A stretch of DNA of 64,000 bases from Magnetococcales bacterium (GTDB lineage Bacteria > Pseudomonadota > Magnetococcia > Magnetococcales > UBA8363), in assembly GCA_015228815.1 (NCBI GenBank), contig JADGCV010000007.1, forward strand, positions 1,583 to 65,582. The letters run 5' to 3'. The notes under the pieces were generated by a model. That model did no database searches and was not told the DNA's origin. It saw only the letters and a program-made list of their open reading frames with translations. The position numbers were made by a program, and so were the translations under genes. Positions within the stretch are counted from its first letter, which is position 1, and each line of letters starts with the position of its first letter. Below, in pieces: positions 34,055 through 43,153 of the stretch.

Positions 34055-34693
34055 ATGTCCGATCATGCAACAGGGAGACAATCCCTTCCCGGCATCCGCA
34101 TCGTTGAACAACCGGTCCCGCCTCCCGCCGAAGAGAACGCCACGGTCCGATCGCGTCATGGCGGTCCGGACTGGGATGGCGAAGTGGCACGGGTACGGCG
34201 TTGGGCCGAGGAAGGCAACTGGGAGGAGGTTTTCAAACAACTCAAGACCATGTCCCAACGTTTCAAGAACACCGAAATCTACAAGGCCCTGGCCCAGCGA
34301 ATTTGGGTCGCCCTCAAGACCGAAACCCCCGCCTCCGAATGCGTCCTGGCGTTGTTCCATCTGCTCAACACCCTGGGTCCGCGGCACGAGGTTGCGGGTC
34401 CGATTGCGGCGTTGGCCCACTTCATGGCCAAGCATCGCACCCCCGAACATCCCGATCGCGATCTGGCATTGGGACAGGCGCAGCAGATGTTTCATCGTGT
34501 TTGCGAGGAAAAAGGGATCGTCGGCGAAGAGGCGTTCAAGATATGGGTCACCAACACCCGCCTGGACGACCCCACCCATTACGTCCCCATCGTCATGCAC
34601 TGCCTGGAAGTGATGGTCGGGGAGGACTGGTGGTTCGATCGCGAGCTGTTGCAACGCGAACTGGAACAGACGACCCACGCTGGAACCTGTTGA
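34055..34693 (+). CDS. Hypothetical protein (212 aa, helical, no recognisable family)
   Basis: Long ORF with non-repetitive, globular-looking sequence (…WAEEGNWEEVFKQLKTMSQRFKNTEIYKALAQRIWVALK…). The antisense ORF at 33998-34732 has a biased composition. Confidence 0.5.
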   Translation: MSDHATGRQSLPGIRIVEQPVPPPAEENATVRSRHGGPDWDGEVARVRRWAEEGNWEEVFKQLKTMSQRFKNTEIYKALAQRIWVALKTETPASECVLALFHLLNTLGPRHEVAGPIAALAHFMAKHRTPEHPDRDLALGQAQQMFHRVCEEKGIVGEEAFKIWVTNTRLDDPTHYVPIVMHCLEVMVGEDWWFDRELLQRELEQTTHAGTC

Positions 34694-34715
34694 ACAATCA
34701 TCTCCAGACGGCCCT

Positions 34716-35891
34716 TCAGATGCCGACGGCAAGGTCGATCACGCGGTCACACTGGCGGCTCCAGGGAAAATCGTTCATGAACCGGTGTCCCGCCCCACCC
34801 CGACGGGCCGCCCCCTCGGTATCGTCAAAGACCCGTTCCAGTGCCGCGACCGCCTCCTCGACCGACGATTCACCCCAGTCCTCCATGAATTCTCCGGTAA
34901 CGGGAGAGACCACCGGGGACTGTTGCCGCAGAATCAGGCAACGGTCCTCGTCGGCCAGATCCAGATGCCCCGTATTGGCCGACAGGATGACCGGGATGGC
35001 CATCGCCATGCATTCCATGGCCACCAGGTTGGTCCCCCCTTCGCAGCGATTGGGAAACAACGCGACATCGACCTCGCGCAACACCTCGGGCATCCGGGGA
35101 TTGGCGACGAGTCCGACATCGAGAAAGGAACCGACCGGCAGATTTTGTCCCATCCACCGTTCCAACCCCGTCGTCCCTTCCTCGGGAAAACCCTCGATCC
35201 AACGTTCCGGGAACCGGCTGGATGGATCGACCCAACGGTTGCTCCACGCCGTCAGGAGAAAGGCCTCGGGATGCCTGGCATGAAAACGGCGAAAGGTCTC
35301 CACCACCAGATCCTGTCCCTTGCGAAACTCCAGTTTGCCGCCGGAAAAGATGACGAAACGGTCCTTGAGCAGGCCACGTCGTCCGGAAGGGTGAAACTGC
35401 GTGGTTTCCACCCCCTGCATGACGTAATGGACATTGTCGAGGCCGTATTTTTCCCGCAATACCCGTTCGTTCCAACGCGAGCCGACGATGATGCGGCGAC
35501 AGTGCCGTGCCTGTTCGATGTTCCCCGGTTCGATACGGGCCGTTTCGAAGAAGGTGATTCCGACGGGAGGCAATCCTTCGAACCGGACGTCATCAAAAGT
35601 CAGGCGACCATCGGAATGAATCAGGGGAAGGGTATCGGCGGACCGGATGATGCGCTGGGGATGGAGGTGGCGCACCCGAAGAAGATCGGTCGAATCCTCC
35701 AGTACCGGAATCAACAACCGTGCCTGAAGGGGATCCAGATCCATGGCGCCCGGTTTTTGCAGGAGTCGCGGACGGAGTCCCTGCCTGAGCAACGCCAGGA
35801 CCAGATTCAAGCCATAGACCCCCCAGCCGTGGTAATGCCCCACCGACCAGGACAGTGCCACCCCCCGGACGCCATTGGACATATCCGTCAT
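34716..35891 (-). CDS. Glycosyltransferase, GT4/GT1-type (GT-B fold)
   Basis: E-x7-E region FPNRCEGGTNLVAMECMAMAIPVILSANTGHLDL. The start overlaps the rlmN stop by 4 nt. Confidence 0.75.
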   Translation of the reverse strand: MTDMSNGVRGVALSWSVGHYHGWGVYGLNLVLALLRQGLRPRLLQKPGAMDLDPLQARLLIPVLEDSTDLLRVRHLHPQRIIRSADTLPLIHSDGRLTFDDVRFEGLPPVGITFFETARIEPGNIEQARHCRRIIVGSRWNERVLREKYGLDNVHYVMQGVETTQFHPSGRRGLLKDRFVIFSGGKLEFRKGQDLVVETFRRFHARHPEAFLLTAWSNRWVDPSSRFPERWIEGFPEEGTTGLERWMGQNLPVGSFLDVGLVANPRMPEVLREVDVALFPNRCEGGTNLVAMECMAMAIPVILSANTGHLDLADEDRCLILRQQSPVVSPVTGEFMEDWGESSVEEAVAALERVFDDTEGAARRGGAGHRFMNDFPWSRQCDRVIDLAVGI

Positions 35892-36931
35892 TGTCCCCCC
35901 TCCCGAATGCCGACGAGTTGCCCGCAGGCGGCTTCGATATCCGCGCCGCGCCGGTCACGAATCACCGTCACCAACCCCGAACCGCCGACGATGTCCTGAA
36001 ATTCGCGGATCCTTTCGGCGGACGAGGGGACGAACGAGGTTCCCGGCCAGGGATTGAAGGCGATCAGGTTGACCTTGGAGGGAATTCCTTTGAGAAATCG
36101 CACCAATCCCCGGGCATCCTCATCGCCATCGTTGACCCCGGCAAGCATCACGTATTCCCAGGTGATCCGCCGCCCCGTCTTCAGGGGATACTCCAGGACT
36201 GCCTGGCGCAAGGAGGCCAGATTGTATTTTTTATTGATGGGGACCAGACGGTTTCGCAGCTCGTCCTGAATCGCGTGCAATGAAATCGCCAGATTGACCC
36301 CAAGCTCCCGCCCCACCGTCGCCAATCGCGACACCACCCCGGCGGTGGACAGGGTGATCTTTCTGGAACCGATGGCCAGGCCGTTGGGATCCATCATGAT
36401 CCGCACCGCCTTGAAGACAGCCTCGTGATTGTACAACGGTTCACCCATCCCCATGAGGACCACGTTGGTCACCCGCCCCCCCGAAACCGCAAGTTCCGAG
36501 CGCGCCAGAATGACCTGATCGACGATCTCCGCCACCCCAAGGTTGCGTTGCAAGGGCCTGGTCCCGGTGTGACAGAAAGGACAGGAAAGAGAACAACCCA
36601 CCTGAGAGGAAACACACAAGGTTCCACGGTCGGACTCCGGAATGTAGACCATTTCCACGAAGGCGCCATCCGCCAATTCCAACAACCACTTGATCGTCCC
36701 GTCCCGTGACAGGCGCCGCGACCGGACCCGGGGACGGCACAGCGAAAATCGCTCGCCCAGCCGCCTGCGAAAATCGATGGACAGATCGGTCATCCCATCG
36801 ATGCCGGAAACCCATTTGACATGGATCCACGACCAGATCTGTTTCGTCCGATAGGGTTTTTCGCCCCATTCGCCAAGAATGTCCAATAATTCTCCACGAA
36901 GGAGTCCTGTCAGACACGGGGTGGAATTCAT
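35888..36931 (-). CDS. rlmN: 23S rRNA/tRNA adenine-C2 methyltransferase (radical SAM)
   Basis: YRTKQIWSWIH..., radical-SAM CSLSCPFCHTG, MGMGEPLYN, and the C-terminal ...RGADIEAACGQL catalytic Cys. Confidence 0.9.
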   Translation of the reverse strand: MNSTPCLTGLLRGELLDILGEWGEKPYRTKQIWSWIHVKWVSGIDGMTDLSIDFRRRLGERFSLCRPRVRSRRLSRDGTIKWLLELADGAFVEMVYIPESDRGTLCVSSQVGCSLSCPFCHTGTRPLQRNLGVAEIVDQVILARSELAVSGGRVTNVVLMGMGEPLYNHEAVFKAVRIMMDPNGLAIGSRKITLSTAGVVSRLATVGRELGVNLAISLHAIQDELRNRLVPINKKYNLASLRQAVLEYPLKTGRRITWEYVMLAGVNDGDEDARGLVRFLKGIPSKVNLIAFNPWPGTSFVPSSAERIREFQDIVGGSGLVTVIRDRRGADIEAACGQLVGIREGGQ

Positions 36932-37239
36932 TCATTCTGCTCCTTGGTTTTGCCGTCTTTTCGCCGTCGCCGCGCTTGTGGATCATTGCTGTGGAAAAAA
37001 TTTGGACACCATACATGTTCCGCCATCGGTCCCATGGGAAGCCTTCCTGCTTTCGGGCCGCGGTTGTGAATAACTTGCCTGAACCCGCCTCTTTTGGATA
37101 CACTCGGTCCACCATGGATCATGGGATGGGCGGTTGGGAAACGGCAAGCGTCTCCTGGCCAAGTTCCGTCGAACTTCCAGGCCCCTTTCGGGACGTGCCA
37201 CGACAGACAGACTTTCTTTACCAGTGAAGGACCCGAACG

Positions 37240-38067
37240 ATGTATTTTTCAACCCGAGCCATTGCCCTTTTTGCCTTTCTTGCCCTCGTTCTGGGATCGG
37301 TTCCCGCCACGATCCAGGCTGCGGGCTATCCCAAGGAATTTTCCGCCACCATCCAATGGACCATACCCACCGACCCGAATGTCCCTGGAGCCGCCGCGGG
37401 CAGTGAAAAAATCGTGGGCAAGGTGTATTCCGGCAAGGATCGCCTGCGCATCGAATCGACCACGGATGATCGGACCCGGGCGCTGATTCTGCTGACGGCG
37501 GAAAAGAAAGCCTGGACCCTGGACCTCAAGGATAAATCCTATCATGAAGGGGCCGGCAAGGTCGCCGTTCTTCCCAAACCCGACATCGATATTCTCCCTT
37601 CCGACCCCGACAGCCCCTGCGCCAGGAAAGAAAAAGTCACCTGCACCCGCGCCGGGAGCGATACCCTTGACGGAGTCGCGGTCGAAAAATGGACCATCTC
37701 CATCCACCAGAACAATCAGAAAGGGGAAATCCTCCTGTGGATCGATCCGGAACGCCGCCTTGTCCTCAAGCAACAACCCGGCCAGGGACCGCTCCATGCC
37801 CGGACGCTCCTTGGCGAGGTCGATCACGGCGGTCGTCCCACGGAAAAATGGACCATCACCGAAACATTCCAGGGACAATCCCATGTCATGGAACAGTGGG
37901 TTGACAAGGAACTTCGCCTGATTGTCCGCCAATCGGGACCGGCTGGGGATTTTCTGGTTGTGCAAGACATTGCCATTGCCCCGCAATCCCCCGCCCTTTT
38001 TCAGGTTCCGGAAGGATTCAAGCTGGTGAACCCCCCCACGCAACCGCCCCTCCCCGGAAAACGATAG
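37240..38067 (+). CDS. Secreted hypothetical protein (LolA/DUF4412-like beta-rich fold is only a guess)
   Basis: Signal peptide MYFSTRAIALFAFLALVLGSVPATIQA. The mature sequence is non-repetitive. The antisense ORF at 37249-38043 has biased Gly/Arg composition. Confidence 0.55.
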   Translation: MYFSTRAIALFAFLALVLGSVPATIQAAGYPKEFSATIQWTIPTDPNVPGAAAGSEKIVGKVYSGKDRLRIESTTDDRTRALILLTAEKKAWTLDLKDKSYHEGAGKVAVLPKPDIDILPSDPDSPCARKEKVTCTRAGSDTLDGVAVEKWTISIHQNNQKGEILLWIDPERRLVLKQQPGQGPLHARTLLGEVDHGGRPTEKWTITETFQGQSHVMEQWVDKELRLIVRQSGPAGDFLVVQDIAIAPQSPALFQVPEGFKLVNPPTQPPLPGKR

Positions 38068-38153
38068 CCCTTGGATTGGATGATTCGTGACGGATCCGGG
38101 CCGGGGATTTTGTTTCCCGTGGGGTTTCCGCTCCGGGGCATTGTTTTTGGAAA

Positions 38154-41100
38154 ATGGTCATGACGCCCCCTCCTTCTTTCGTCCACCTGCACATCCATTC
38201 CGGTTATTCCCTTCTCTCTTCCACCATCCGCCTGGAAAGCCTCATCCAGCGCGCCATCGAGGAAGGGATGCCGGCCCTGGCCCTGACCGATCAGGGCAAC
38301 CTGTTTGCCGCCATCCAGTTCTACTCTGCCTGCATCAAGGGGGGGATCAAGCCGGTCATGGGGGCCCAGGTGTATCTTGTCGCCGACCGCCGGGACACCT
38401 TGGTTCGGCCCGATCTTGAAGTTCGCCACCAGCTGATCCTTTTGTGCAAGAATGCCCGGGGATGGAAAAATCTGCTCTCCCTGATTTCGATCGGGCATCT
38501 GGAAGGAAGTCACGAAAAGCCGCGCATCGATCTGGAAACCCTCCGGCGCCACACGGGCGGATTGCTGGCATTGTCGGCGTGGCGCAAGGGGGAAGTGGGT
38601 CACCACCTGGAGGCGGGTCGGAATGTCGAAGCCCAGGAAGCGGCCATCCGTTACCGTGATCTGTTCGCCTCCGAAGATGAAGAAGCCCCCGGATTTTACC
38701 TCGAATTGCAACGTCATGGCCTTGCCGACGAGGAATACCTGATTGGGGAAACCATGGCGTTGGCGATGGAATTGAACCTGCCTGTCGTTGCCACCAACGA
38801 TTGCCATTTCCTCGATCCTTCCGGTCAGCGGGCCCATGATGCCCTGACCTGCGTTGGCCTTGGCTTGACCTTGTATCAGGAAAATCGCGCCATCATCAAC
38901 AACCGCCACCACTTTGCCGCGATGGCGGAGATGCGTCGTCTGTTTGCCGATATTCCCGAGGCCTGCGACAATACCCTTCAGATTGCTCGGCGCTGCAATG
39001 TCCGCCTGGAACTGGGACATACTGTCCTCCCCGATTATCGACCGCCCGAGGGCGAGGACCTTGCCTCATGGCTGCGACAATTGGCCGGAAAGGGGTTGGA
39101 GCGCAGGTTGGATCAGGAAACGTTGCCACGGACCCCGGAGGGGCAACGGGAAGAGGTGACGCTTCAGTATCGGCAACGATTGGAATTTGAACTGGATGTC
39201 ATCATCCAGATGGGTTTTCCCGGCTATTTTTTGATCGTTTCCGATTTTATCCGCTGGGCCAAGAACAACGACATACCGGTCGGCCCCGGAAGGGGATCGG
39301 GGGCGGGTTCCCTGGTGGCCTGGAGCCTGGACATCACCGATCTGGATCCCATCCGCTATCAACTGCTCTTCGAACGTTTTCTCAATCCCGAACGGGTCTC
39401 CATGCCCGATTTCGATGTCGATTTCTGCATGGATAAACGGGAGCGGGTCATCGGTTATGTCCAGGAACGCTATGGTCACGACCGGATGGCGCAGATCATC
39501 ACCTTTGGCACGCTCCAGGCACGGGCGGTCATTCGCGATGTCGGGCGGGTCCTGGAATTTTCCTACGGCCAGGTGGACAAGATCGCCAAATTGATCCCCA
39601 ACACCCTGGGCATCACCCTCAAGGAGGCCATCGCGCAGGAAGAACGTCTGGCGGCGATGATGGCGGAGGATGCCGCGGTCCGGGAACTCATCGAACTGGC
39701 GATGCAATTGGAAGGATTGCCCCGCTCCGCCGGTACCCATGCCGCCGGGGTGGTGATGGCCAACGGTCCGCTCACCGACATGGTGCCGCTCTATCGCGAT
39801 CCCCGCTCCAATATTCCCGTCACCCAGTTCAACATGGCCGATGTCGAAAAGGCGGGGTTGGTCAAATTTGATTTTCTCGGTCTCAAAACCCTGACGGTGA
39901 TCGATACGGCGTTGAAAATGATCAACGCTCCCCTTCTGGCCTCGGGACGACCTCCCGTGGACATCCGCCACATCGATCTTGAAGATTCAAAAACCTTTCA
40001 ACTGCTCAAGGAGGGCAAGACCCGGGGAATCTTCCAGCTGGAATCCTCGGGCATGCGGGAAATTCTCAAGAAACTGGCCCCCGACACCTTCGAGGACATC
40101 GTCGCCCTGGTCGCCCTCTACCGGCCCGGCCCCCTGGGCTCGGGGATGGTCGATGATTTCATCAATCGCAAGCACAAGCGAACCGAGGTCGTCTATCCCT
40201 GGCCGACCCTGGAACCGATCCTCAAGGAAACCTATGGTGTCATTCTGTACCAGGAACAGGTGATGAAGATTGCCCAGGTCCTGGCGGGCTACTCCCTGGG
40301 GAGCGCCGACCTGTTGCGTCGCGCCATGGGAAAAAAGAAAAGAGAAGAAATGTTGTCGCAAAGGGAAATCTTTCTCAAGGGAATCGAGGCCAACGCCATA
40401 CCGCTCAAGACCGGGGATCACATTTTCGATCTGATGGAAAAATTCGCGGGCTACGGTTTCAACAAATCCCATTCCGCCGCCTATGCCCTGATCTCCTATC
40501 AGACTGCCTGGCTCAAGGCGCACCATCCGGTTGAATTTCTGGCGGCAACCCTCACCTGCGACATACTTGTCACCGAGAAGGTCACCCAGTTCATCCGTGA
40601 ATGTCAGGCCATGCAGGTCCCCGTGCTGCCCCCGGACATCAATCGTTCGCACACCACCTTCACCGTCGAGGAGCAAAGAATCCGTTACGGACTCCTTGCC
40701 ATCAAGAACGTCGGTGCCGGGGCCCTGGAAAAGATCATCGAGCGCCGCGACAAGGAAGGGGCTTTCCGCGGTCTGTACCATCTGTGTGAACATGCTGCCG
40801 ATGCCGGCGTCAACCGACGCATGATGGAACACCTGATCAAGTCGGGGGCCTGCGATTGCCTGTCCGACAATCGGGCGGCCCTCCTCGAAGCGCTGCCCGA
40901 CGCCCTGGCACGGGGCATGAAAAAACGGGAAAACCGTGACCTGGGTTTTTTGAGCCTTTTCGCGGCGGAAGAACAGGATCCACCCTTGCCACCAACCCCC
41001 CCTCTGGACAATACCCTTTCCCTTCAATTTGAAAAGGAATCCCTGGGATTTCACATGAGCGGCCATCCCATGGATCAATACCTGCCGGAACTCAAGGATT

Positions 41101-41684
41101 ATGGCATCCGCGGCATCCAGTATCTGCACGAGCGGTTTGAATCGGGGAACGACATTCCCGGAACAATCCGCATTGCCGGTCTGGTCGGCGACCGCAAACT
41201 CCACCGCACCCGCAAGGGCGACCGGATGGCCTTCGTCACCCTGGAAGATCCCGAAGGACACCAGGAGGTCATCATTTTTTCCGAGGTCTATCAAACCTGC
41301 CGCGACCTCATCGAGGGCGATTCCATCCTTGTCGTCGCCGGCACCCTTGGCGCCGACGAGGAAGAACCCAAACTCATGGCCGAAGAGGTGACCGATCTTG
41401 ACCATTACCGGCAACACCATGCCCGGGAGCTGCGTCTCGACCTGTCCCATTCCTGGCTTGAGGCGGCCAATCTGGATCATTTGTCACGGATTCTCAAGAA
41501 TCATGCGGGGGGACGGTGCCGCGTCGTGGCCACCCTGAACCTGCCATCGGCCCGCGTCACCACCCGTCTTGGCCCCGAATTCAACGTCGTCCCGTCGCAA
41601 CGCCTCCTGGATGACCTTGCCCGCATGTGGCCCGGGGAGGGGGCCTCTTTTTCAGGCCAGGTCACCGCCTCCCCGTCCCACTGA
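38154..41684 (+). CDS. dnaE: DNA polymerase III alpha subunit
   Basis: PHP domain FVHLHIHSGYSLLSS...ALALTDQGNLF. Palm GPGRGSGAGSLVAWSLDITDLDP and PDFDVDFC. HhH and OB-fold regions are present. 1176 aa. Confidence 0.95.
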   Translation: MVMTPPPSFVHLHIHSGYSLLSSTIRLESLIQRAIEEGMPALALTDQGNLFAAIQFYSACIKGGIKPVMGAQVYLVADRRDTLVRPDLEVRHQLILLCKNARGWKNLLSLISIGHLEGSHEKPRIDLETLRRHTGGLLALSAWRKGEVGHHLEAGRNVEAQEAAIRYRDLFASEDEEAPGFYLELQRHGLADEEYLIGETMALAMELNLPVVATNDCHFLDPSGQRAHDALTCVGLGLTLYQENRAIINNRHHFAAMAEMRRLFADIPEACDNTLQIARRCNVRLELGHTVLPDYRPPEGEDLASWLRQLAGKGLERRLDQETLPRTPEGQREEVTLQYRQRLEFELDVIIQMGFPGYFLIVSDFIRWAKNNDIPVGPGRGSGAGSLVAWSLDITDLDPIRYQLLFERFLNPERVSMPDFDVDFCMDKRERVIGYVQERYGHDRMAQIITFGTLQARAVIRDVGRVLEFSYGQVDKIAKLIPNTLGITLKEAIAQEERLAAMMAEDAAVRELIELAMQLEGLPRSAGTHAAGVVMANGPLTDMVPLYRDPRSNIPVTQFNMADVEKAGLVKFDFLGLKTLTVIDTALKMINAPLLASGRPPVDIRHIDLEDSKTFQLLKEGKTRGIFQLESSGMREILKKLAPDTFEDIVALVALYRPGPLGSGMVDDFINRKHKRTEVVYPWPTLEPILKETYGVILYQEQVMKIAQVLAGYSLGSADLLRRAMGKKKREEMLSQREIFLKGIEANAIPLKTGDHIFDLMEKFAGYGFNKSHSAAYALISYQTAWLKAHHPVEFLAATLTCDILVTEKVTQFIRECQAMQVPVLPPDINRSHTTFTVEEQRIRYGLLAIKNVGAGALEKIIERRDKEGAFRGLYHLCEHAADAGVNRRMMEHLIKSGACDCLSDNRAALLEALPDALARGMKKRENRDLGFLSLFAAEEQDPPLPPTPPLDNTLSLQFEKESLGFHMSGHPMDQYLPELKDYGIRGIQYLHERFESGNDIPGTIRIAGLVGDRKLHRTRKGDRMAFVTLEDPEGHQEVIIFSEVYQTCRDLIEGDSILVVAGTLGADEEEPKLMAEEVTDLDHYRQHHARELRLDLSHSWLEAANLDHLSRILKNHAGGRCRVVATLNLPSARVTTRLGPEFNVVPSQRLLDDLARMWPGEGASFSGQVTASPSH

Positions 41685-41703
41685 ACACCAAGGCAGATAC
41701 CGA

Positions 41704-42543
41704 TCAGACGATCTCTTTGTAAAACAGTCCAGCCACTTTCGAATAAGCCGCGGGAGTAAGGTGAATTTCATTCAACCAATCCGTGCGGTTTGGCATCATC
41801 TCACGGATATCGAGCACCCTGACACGATCCGAGCGTAGCTTGATGAGTTCGTCAGCAAAAGCGTCGATCATCCATTTTATGATCGCATATTGGTCTTTCT
41901 TATATTTGATTCCTTTTTCCTCCATATAGGGCTTGATCCACGACTTTGTTTTGAACAAACCACCCAGGAAGGCTCCACCAATATTGCTCGGAAGGGGATA
42001 GCAATAGGTGTGCGTGATGAGGATACATCTACTGTTGCAATCCATAACATGATCGATCAGTCTCTTGTAAGCCTGGATAATTTTTTCAAGAGTTTTATTG
42101 AATTCCTCTTGATTGATCCACCCCAGGGGATTTCCTGGCGTGGTATTCTGATCATGAAGGAATCGATCCATATCGCCCTCGCCGACGATATCATTCCCAC
42201 CGCCGGAGAAGAGAAAGAAATCAAGCTGTTCATAGTATTTCTCCAGTAGTCGTTTAATTTCACGGAAGCTGGAGCCAGAAAGCATCTTGACCGCTTCATC
42301 TCCAGGACTGGATAGTTGCAGCAAATTAAAATAGGACATCGACGACAGACAATCGACGACATTTGATGGTTGCCCAAAAAACACGGCCCTTCTCGGATAG
42401 GAGAACCAAGAGTCCCCCTCTGCGATGATTGTTTTACAGTGTGACCGGTATTCCAACAAGCAATCAAATTCTCCCTCTGAAACTGTAAAACGATTGGTTG
42501 CAACCAAATGAGTCCGGTTGACTGGATCGATTTCGCATGTCAT
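41704..42543 (-). CDS. SGNH/GDSL-type hydrolase (lipase/esterase fold)
   Basis: Block I IIAEGDSWFSYP, block III FLFSGGGNDIVG, block V-like DWLNEIHLT. Clearly AT-richer than dnaE, which lies 19 nt away in convergent orientation. Confidence 0.65.
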   Translation of the reverse strand: MTCEIDPVNRTHLVATNRFTVSEGEFDCLLEYRSHCKTIIAEGDSWFSYPRRAVFFGQPSNVVDCLSSMSYFNLLQLSSPGDEAVKMLSGSSFREIKRLLEKYYEQLDFFLFSGGGNDIVGEGDMDRFLHDQNTTPGNPLGWINQEEFNKTLEKIIQAYKRLIDHVMDCNSRCILITHTYCYPLPSNIGGAFLGGLFKTKSWIKPYMEEKGIKYKKDQYAIIKWMIDAFADELIKLRSDRVRVLDIREMMPNRTDWLNEIHLTPAAYSKVAGLFYKEIV

Positions 42544-42612
42544 GGTACCCTCCTCTGAATGTCAATTGTATATTACTTAACTGAAAACCATGGAACAACT
42601 ACAACTCAAAAC

Positions 42613-43008
42613 TCACACCCCCCCAGAATTCACGGAACTTTTTGTTTTTGCCTTTTTGGTCCTGGGTTTGCGCCAGCGCAGGGTCACCTTCAACTGCGCT
42701 TCGGCACCCCCTTCGGAGATGAAGGCAACCCCCACCTTGCCATGAAGTTTCAGGCCAAAGGAGACCCGGCACTCCGAGGGATCGCTGGCGCGAAAACGAT
42801 CCACCACCCGTTGCACCACCGGTTGCACCGTCTCCAAGGCTTCCATCACGGTGGTGGAAACCTTGTTGCTGAGGGTCTTTTCTCCCCGAAAGACTGGCCC
42901 GCTTTCTCCCTGCCCGGAAGGGTCATCCAGCAACACCACCTCATCGTCCGCGACTTCCGCGAAAAAAGTTGAGTTTTCATCCAGCTTTATCTCTACGATT
43001 CTGCCCAT
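42613..43008 (-). CDS. Trypco2-like (trypsin-co-occurring domain 2/CU044_2847-type) small protein
   Basis: Start at MGRIVEIKLDENSTFFAEV...GESGPVFRG...MEALETVQPVVQRVVDRF...CRVSFGLKLHGKVGVAFISEGGAEAQLKVTLRWRKP. The C-terminal EFGLKL...A...FKVTLxW pattern matches this family as I remember it. The longer track ORF start at 43227 is unsupported. Confidence 0.55.
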   Translation of the reverse strand: MGRIVEIKLDENSTFFAEVADDEVVLLDDPSGQGESGPVFRGEKTLSNKVSTTVMEALETVQPVVQRVVDRFRASDPSECRVSFGLKLHGKVGVAFISEGGAEAQLKVTLRWRKPRTKKAKTKSSVNSGGV

Positions 43009-43153
43009 CAACAGTCCCTTTCGACAAACCAGCATCTGAAAAACGATCATCATCCGCAAAATGAGGCGTTCTGTCCAGGGTTGTTTCCAAATCGAGGCAG
43101 AGATATGATTCGCATGAAAATGGGAAGGTTTCATCGTACTGGGAGGGGTTCGG

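Noticed and set aside
34785-35999. 404-aa plus-strand ORF
   Set aside because: It is antisense to the GT4 glycosyltransferase gene.
38001-41480. Several long minus-strand ORFs (339, 301 and 497 aa)
   Set aside because: They are antisense to dnaE.
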